Part shown: positions 56,802 through 64,000 of the stretch, piece after piece | Position numbering within the stretch: the first letter of the stretch is position 1 | How the letters are laid out: each line of letters begins with the position of its first letter | DNA from: Trichosphaerium sp. ATCC 40318 | Lineage: Eukaryota > Protista > Tubulinea | Length of the DNA: 64,000 nt | Direction of reading: 5' to 3' | Assembly: GCA_038496445.1 (NCBI GenBank) | Contig: JALMLS010000078.1 | Location: 1 to 64,000, forward strand | Program-made: the position numbers and the translations under genes | The notes under the pieces: model-generated | Database searches by the model: none | What the model was told of the DNA's origin: nothing | The model's input: the letters and a program-made list of their open reading frames with translations, nothing else

Positions 56802-57739
56802 ATGGCTACTATTCACTACCTCGCTCTATCTGCGCCATGTCGTATTGCTCATATCGGCGCTCTCGCCACTGGCACTGACGTAACTCTCAAGGTACTCAGT
56901 AACAAAGACACACCTTGTTTGGCTAATACAGTCTGTTAGCCTGTAGATTTACTTAACGGTGAGCACAAAGAAAAAGCTTACTTGAAAATAAACCCAAAAC
57001 ACCAAGTACCATCTGTGACTGAAGGAGATCTTGTTGTACGTGACTCAAGTGCTATTCTCAGGTACGACATTAAAGAACGCCGTTTTCTCCGCAAAATATA
57101 TCCGCTTACAAAGCGATTAGGTATTTTAGCATTCAGAATCCGTCACCAGTTTACCCCATAAACAACTCAGTCGCATTCGCACCAGTACGTCTTATTTAGA
57201 AATATGACGCTAAAAAACGATTCAGTCACGTGATATCACGTTTTTTATGTGAAACGACAACTTATTGACGGGTTTTTTGTTTTAGATCGACTCTGCATAC
57301 GAATCTATTCGTAGTGATATCTTCAATACTTGTAACAGCTTCGCTTTTGAGAATTTCTTTGTTTCCAAAGTGTACAAAGCAAGAGACACTGATCCTAAAA
57401 AGCTCAAAGAGATCACAGACAAACTAAAAGCAGAGGTATGTGCAACACAAAGTTGTTTGTGTTTGGTTTAAAGTTGGTCCCATGCTCACTGTTTTTGAAT
57501 AGTTGGAGTTCTACGAGAAGAACTATTTCAAGAAATCACGATTCTTGGTTGGATACTCAATATCTATGGCTGACTATGCACTGTGCGTTTCTCTGGCTCA
57601 AGCTATTGGTACAGGATATAAGGTAGCTCTCCCTAAAAAGATAGCATCTTTGTACAAAAAAGTAAATAGGGATCGTGTGTTCAAAAAAGCACACAAAGAT
57701 TTCTTCCACTTTGCCAGTGCTATTAGTAATAAACAATAA
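56802..57739 (+). CDS. Glutathione S-transferase (theta-like), 5 exons
   Basis: LSAPCR, VDLLNGEHKEKAYLKINPKHQVPSV, DSSAILR|Y, FLVGYSISMADY. Confidence 0.92.
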
Positions 57740-58119
57740 TTTTCCTTAACACTTTAGCAACAAACACAGCATTTTTTTTATCCTATGTTTTAAGTCCTAG
57801 TCTTGGAAAGAAAAACTAAAAAATGGTTATTGAAGGTCGTACATTGTTCACAATAAAACAACTGTAAGAGGGAGCCTATAGCCCTCAAACTAGAATCAAA
57901 CTGTATAACTAACTGCAATATAGATTCTAATGGAAATGTTGATAACAACATTTGGTGACTACGAGTAGAGTTCCAGCATATTCCAGAGAAATAAATCTCA
58001 AGAATTTATGCTTGTTCATTCTTGGATTATTATGCAGAAAGATGTACCAGATTCTGTACATTCCATATATGCTCAGTTCACTGTATTTCTCATTTGGGAG
58101 GGTGTAAAAGCTCTGTGTA

Positions 58120-58440
58120 ACCCTAGCATGGCAAGATTTGGTTTCTCCTTAATTGCAGGCAATCCAGATGATTTTTTTTTGTATTCAGGCGATGAAATTA
58201 CACTAGATCCTGGATAAGTACACAATAGAAATTCTTCCTTTATCAAAAAAACCATTGCCAGAACATCATCATAAATCTGATCCGCCTCCACGACTTCTAC
58301 TCTCCTACAGGCAAAATCTATGAAGTGTATGATGAACTTCTACACGTATTTCCTCTTCAACTATTTGTCACGATCACTACTCTCAAGGAATTCAAGAGAA
58401 GTAGTTAGTGTGATAATACACTACAACATCCAATTTAGAC
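58120..58440 (+). pseudogene. Internally deleted paralog of the F-box gene at 24216-25172
   Basis: Shares catggcaagatttgg and ggcaaaat...tttcctcttcaactatttg with 24325 and 24990-25060. Confidence 0.7.
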
Positions 58441-58587
58441 TATCAAAGATAAGATTTACAATGTGTGCATAATGTACAGAGTGCGTTGTTTTTTTATTAT
58501 TTTTAGATTGTACTAAAATACTGTGGAGTTTTATTTTGTTATGTATATTGTAAGCTAGTTGCTAGGTACTACTCTGGTTATTTCGAT

Positions 58588-60576
58588 CTACAGCTTCTCA
58601 TTATCAAGCTTTTTTGCGGTAGTGCGCCTTGTTTGTCTGGAGAAGGGCATTACAAAGGCTCTGGCAGGAGGATAAAGGAATATAAAAGCAAGAATTGCTA
58701 AAACGAATGTAAGAACCTTCATTGAGAACCGACTAAAATTTTGCTAATTAAGCAGTACCTATGACAACTATAATTGCTGCTATGATACCGACGACCATAG
58801 GTACAGATATGCTACTGTTACTACCTCCAGTCTGCCCAGAGCACGAGTTATCAAACACAGCAACAAGACTGGTCCCTAAAATTATGAGTCGATTTGTGTT
58901 AAGTAACTAGTTGTGTTTTTGCTGTGTACCACGCTGTACTGCTCGGCCTTTTATGCAATTACCGTCATTGAAAATGACATCTACATCATCTAAAGAACAT
59001 CCATCATTGTGCTTCACAAGTACAGACTCTTCTCCTCTCTCAAGTTGAAAATCAACCCGGATTGATCCTATGATACAAACCATTAGCACTTCAACTTATA
59101 CTAGAAGCACATTCACGGTGTTAATGTACCTTTAATATCATGACAAGTTTCCAAGACGACTGTTGTATTTGTTCCGAATATAATGATTGAAGTGTTTGTT
59201 GTTGCAAAAGTATCTAATAGAAACAACAAATTAGCCATTTCTGTACTACAGGTTTGGTTTACGTACTTGTCCAAAAAATTTCATACTGAGGTAGAATGAC
59301 AGTACCATTGAAAGAGCCATCACAATCGAATTCTGTTTCAGAAGAGCATCTGCACACAAGATTTCCAATAGTACACTTAAAACTGTTAGTAATAGAATTA
59401 TCCTCTATGCCTAACGTACTAATGACAGTGCTGGAGCTTCTGTAACTGGTGCGCCAACACAACCTCGAAGTGTACATCTATTCAGCATAAGTTTTTGTGA
59501 TCGTCTTCCAAACATATAACAATGTGCCTTTGATCTTGATCACAAGCGCTATCTACCTCGGTATGCGAGCATGTATAGTTCAAAGGACCCAAAGCCATAC
59601 ACATATCGTTAGTGCAATCAATAGTATCATTACACAACACAGGTGTGGGTTGAACACAAACACCTAAAACGATATTAAGGCGAAAGCATTAAAAACTCGG
59701 ATTTTTCATACCGTTCATCATAGCGTTAGAATCCGTTGTACAACCATTATTGTCATTACAACGCCATTCTACAGATAGAAACGGTCTAACATTTGAATTC
59801 AATTCATCCTCACTATAAAAACTAGAGGATACTCCTTGCACTATACTCCATCCAAAATCATCCATAAAATTAGCATCAACCAAATCTTTAAGGTAAGCTA
59901 AACACGTGGGTAAGTAATATTTTAAGAGGGCGTTGTTATATCAAATTACGTACAAGTTACATCAGCATTTACAACTTGATTATTCTCATATATAAGAGTT
60001 GCAATTTGATTGTTGGGAGACGTATTTACCAATCTTCGGTATCTATCCCAGCTTACTACATTTTCTTGCCAAACGCTTTGCGCCTTGAAAATAACCGCAT
60101 TTAATCTGAGGTCAGGTGATGTAACGGTAAAGGTTGCTTTCACAATTTCTGCATCGTCTGGTACAGGTCCACCTTTGAAATAATTAAATGACATATCTTG
60201 AAGACAATTATACCGTTTGTGCCAAATATCAGTGGAAATCTGACGAGTCCAATTTGCCTAGACGACAACCGAACTGTATCAAGTGCGCCATGGGCATTAT
60301 TGCTCCTTGACTCGTCAATATATGTCGCTTCTAAATCATGTATAACAGACATAGTCGTATTTTGGCTCACTATTAACGCAAAACATTAGTGATCACGTGT
60401 TTTTTGATATCTTTGGTGTCGAATGTTACTTTGTGCCGAAAACAACGTAATAAATTTTTGTTGGCCAATTTTATTATCGTAGAGGACAAACTATGCGTTG
60501 TTAGGCATAGCAAAAGAGATTTACCTGATAAAGTAATAAATATTGAGAGGAGTAATATGAGTTCGTTAGTTGTCAT
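58588..60576 (-). CDS. Type I membrane surface protein: signal peptide, DNRLRE/CBM96-like domain, Cys-rich repeats, TM
   Basis: ATYIDE...GLVRF...VPDDAEIVKATFTV...WQENVVSW...ADVT...FGWSI...FYSE...RPFLSVEW; CNDNNGCTTD repeats; TM VPMVVGIIAAIIVVI. Confidence 0.75.
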
Positions 60577-61072
60577 TACTTCGTGGTGTGCAGTTGTGTA
60601 AATAAATTGTATTGAATTGAATGAATCTTTTTCACACGGCTTATACGTTAACCTCGAAAGCGGACGAACCAATACGAGGGGTGTCGTTATGAAAAAACCA
60701 AAGTGAGGTTAAGGACAATATTGTCAAGGTACCCAAGCGGGATAAAATTGCTGTGAATGAGTAGTGATTACCTCCTGTTCTTGAAGTTGCTTACACTGAT
60801 GAAACATGCCAGAATTGTAAGTTTGGATAGTTGTGATATTGTACGTCTACTGCATCCAGGATAACTACACACTATCAAAACAAGATCTACAATGTTTTGT
60901 TTACACATTAAACTACTGCTATGTGTTCTATCAGTTGTGTTTTTCACATACAATCATCACGTGGGATGTTCAAAACAGTTTACAGTGACACCAAAGCAAA
61001 ATACTGTGGAGTTTTTTTAATGTACATGTTAAGCCAGTTGCAGAGGTACGACTATGGTTATACAAGTTTGAT

Positions 61073-62813
61073 CTACAGCTGGTCATCATCAAGTTCTTTT
61101 GGAGTAGTGCGCCTTGTTTGTTTTGAGAAAGGCATTACAAAGGATCTGGCAGGAGGATATAGGAATACAAAAGCAAGAATTGCTAAAACGAAAATTAGGA
61201 ACCTACTAAAATAATCAGAATTTAGTACCTATGACGACTACAATTGCCAAGATGACACCAATTACCATAGGTACAGATATGCTACTACCTTCAGTCTGCC
61301 CAGAGCATGAGTGATCAAACACAGCAACAAGACTGGTACCTAAGTTTACATGACTTAATGTTTCAAGCCAATAATTCTTTTTCCTTGTGCGTACCACGCT
61401 GTACTGTTCGGCCTTTTATGCAATTGCCGTCATTGAAAATGACATCTATATCATCTAGAGAACAACCATCATTGTGCTTCACAAGTACAGACTCTTCTCC
61501 TCTCTCAAGTTGAAAATCAACTCGAATTGATCCTAGTTTAAAAACTGTTTAGTATGGATCTGCAGTGTTTAATTGATTGTGTGTAATTTTTTGTACCTTT
61601 AATATCATGGCAAGTTTCCAATACAACAGTTGTGTTTGTTCCGAAAATAATGATTGAAGTGTTCGTTGTTACAAAAGAGTCTAAAAAATCGCAAGATTTT
61701 ATCAACTTTCGTACGGGATGGAAACAAAACGTACTTGTCCAAATAATTTCGTATTGAGGAAGTATGACAGTACCATTGAAAGCGCCAGTACAGTCGAACT
61801 CAGTTTCAGTAGAACATCGGCACACAAGATTACCAACACGACACTTTTATAGAACTTGAATATACATTTTTCTTTGTTTAATACGTACGACAGGGACCGT
61901 TGGAGACAATGTAGTAGGTGGCGCAGTAGGTGTATCTACAAACCATTCAACAGATAAAGAAGGTCTTTTGCTTTGGTCAGAATCATTATCGCTAATAAAT
62001 TGAGTGGAAGTGGAAGTGTGAATGCTCCAACCAAAATCATTCGTAAAGTTTGAAGCAACCAAGTCTCTGAAATACGCTAAAAGCACAACGTTATTTTATC
62101 TTTGCAACACTTAAAAGCGTACAAGTAACATCAGCTTTTACTACTTCACTACTTACTAGCTTGAGTTCTGCAAACGGGGAGCCGCGAAAAGATCCACCTG
62201 AAGATGATTTTAACAACAAAAAAATAATGACGAAAATACCAGATGATGTGTAGATGTTCCACGTTACCGAATCTTCACTCCAGGGAGCTGTAGCTTTACG
62301 TATTTGTGCATAGAATTGTGGCCTATCTGTAGTGACGGTAAAAGTTGCGTTTATGATTTCTGCACTGTCCGGTACAGGTCCACCTACGAAATAGTCTGAG
62401 TCTATAGTGCAGCGAAGAGAAAAGAAATTACCATCTATTTCAAAGATTTTCGAAAATCTAACCAAGCCAACCCTCGTAGAGGACAACTCAACCCTATCGC
62501 TTGAACCGTAATTATCATTGCGTCGGTTATCGTTTCCTCGTTTACTATCAAAGTAGCTGTTTATGAACGTTGCCTCTACGTCGACAATCTCAGATACTGT
62601 ACTCTGGCTAACTATGGTGCAAATAAGAACGGGGCACGTGATTTTGTCGGTTTGTGCCGATAAATTGGCCTACGAATTAAACGTAGAAGCAAGTTGGCCT
62701 TCAAAGTGGTAGCACCAAAAAGATACGTTTTAGGCAAATTGGTTTTGAAATTTAGTACCGGTTACAACAATAATTATTGATAGTAAAATTAGGAGATACT
62801 TGTTAGTTATCAT
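61073..62813 (-). CDS. Tandem paralog of 58588-60576 with a PT linker in place of the Cys-rich repeats
   Basis: VPDSAEIINATFTV...WSEDSVTWN...RPSLSVEW, then DTPTAPPTTLSPT; homologous 3' exons. Confidence 0.75.
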
Positions 62814-63706
62814 GCGCGTAGAAGTTGTTCTATAGGTTTACTAATTTTGTTTAAATGGATTGAATGGAACACACCACTTAAGGCCAGACATTCTCTAAAA
62901 GCATTTAGAAAAACACCCTAGTTATTAAACATGTCTTATGTATATATATATAAAGCTTTTACTTGGTTCACAAGCGTTTGAGGCTTAACACGGAGCGAAC
63001 TTGTAATTTTTGAGGTACACTGGTGTTGTCGCTAATTGGAGGTTCGGGAAATGTTTCTATGTTTAATATAACGCTATGTATTCATGTTTGGTTGTTTTTC
63101 ACCACACAGCGAAAGTAAAACTGCTGTCTGTAGTATAAAACGGATTACAGATATCATTGAAGTGATTAGGTACCCGATTAGCAACCAATAACAGCATTGC
63201 TGAAAAAGTAAGCTTACCAACTGTATAAATTATTTGTAAACAATCACGTGCAAAGCTCCTTTTTTGTCGCAAGATTAAAAAAACCACATGCTATTTTTAG
63301 TAATGAAAGTAGGCGCGAGTGTTTTGAGCACCTCAATTCTCTTTTGTCTGTGCCACTTCTCACTTTTTTTGGCGCTCGTAAGAATTTAGCAAATGTACAA
63401 GTGTGAAATATTTTATTCGGGTATTACAAAACAAATAACAAAGTTTCTAGCATATTGGATACATGCTTTTCAAGAATTAACACAAAGTCACTAGATGTAG
63501 CAATGTTGCCAAAAATAGGCAACAAACAGTGCATGGTACAACGCAGATGGTTAATTGCAGTGTAAAGAACGGTGTGCTGTTTCAAAATCACTGTCCTAGG
63601 CTATGGCTTCATCATTGCAAGTTTACATGGAGCTAGTTTTCTACTAGCGTCTTCTGAAGTATACCAAAGTAATTTAATAAGAGCTTTATTAGTGGAACAT
63701 CTCTTT

Positions 63707-64000
63707 TTATAGTTCAATAGTGCTGGCGAAATCAAAGAAATCTTTGTGTGCTTGTTCGTACACTGGATCCCTCTTTACTTTTTTATACAAAGATGCTATC
63801 TTTTTAGGGAGAGCTACCTTGTATCCTGTACCAATAGCTTGAGCCAGAGAAACGCACAGTGCATAGTCGGCCATAGATATTGAGTATCCAACCAAGAATC
63901 GTGATTTCTTGAAATAGTTCTTCTCGTAGAACTCCAACTATTCAAAAACAGTGAGCAGGGAACATGTACCATAGGATTTAACTACCAAACAAAACAAACA
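63707..64000 (-). CDS. GST paralog (last exon; gene runs off the window)
   Basis: Near-identical inverted copy of 57480-57725 including the intron 3' end. Confidence 0.9.

Overview
AT-rich, intron-rich eukaryotic DNA. The gene content (class C GPCR, RasGEF, TNFAIP8-like, Afi1/MesA, many F-box genes) suggests an amoeboid protist; that is an inference. About 25 host genes alternate with decayed gene fragments. The window holds at least six F-box + 21-22 aa LRR genes with intronless repeat arrays (two frameshifted), several LRR pseudogene fragments, and other ubiquitin-ligase parts (BTB, RING, F-box + beta-rich domain, F-box-RasGEF). There are two TE blocks. (1) A 4.3 kb Mutator/MULE element (8-bp TSD, two nonsense codons) carries two nested non-autonomous inserts; one is a 1060-bp palindrome-array element that appears to have inserted with no target-site duplication. 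(2) A very young, intact Ty3/Gypsy element (identical 145-bp LTRs, TCCTC TSD) carries an extra non-env ORF with a candidate internal promoter, and sits in the 5' leader of an F-box-LRR gene. The most striking unexplained signals are the cassette-like F-box-LRR repertoire with antisense LRR units, a roughly 9-fold excess of CACGTG in host introns/promoters but not in TEs, the TSD-less insert, and the retrotransposon ORF2. All gene models, counts and family calls were made by eye without database searches, so exon boundaries are approximate.
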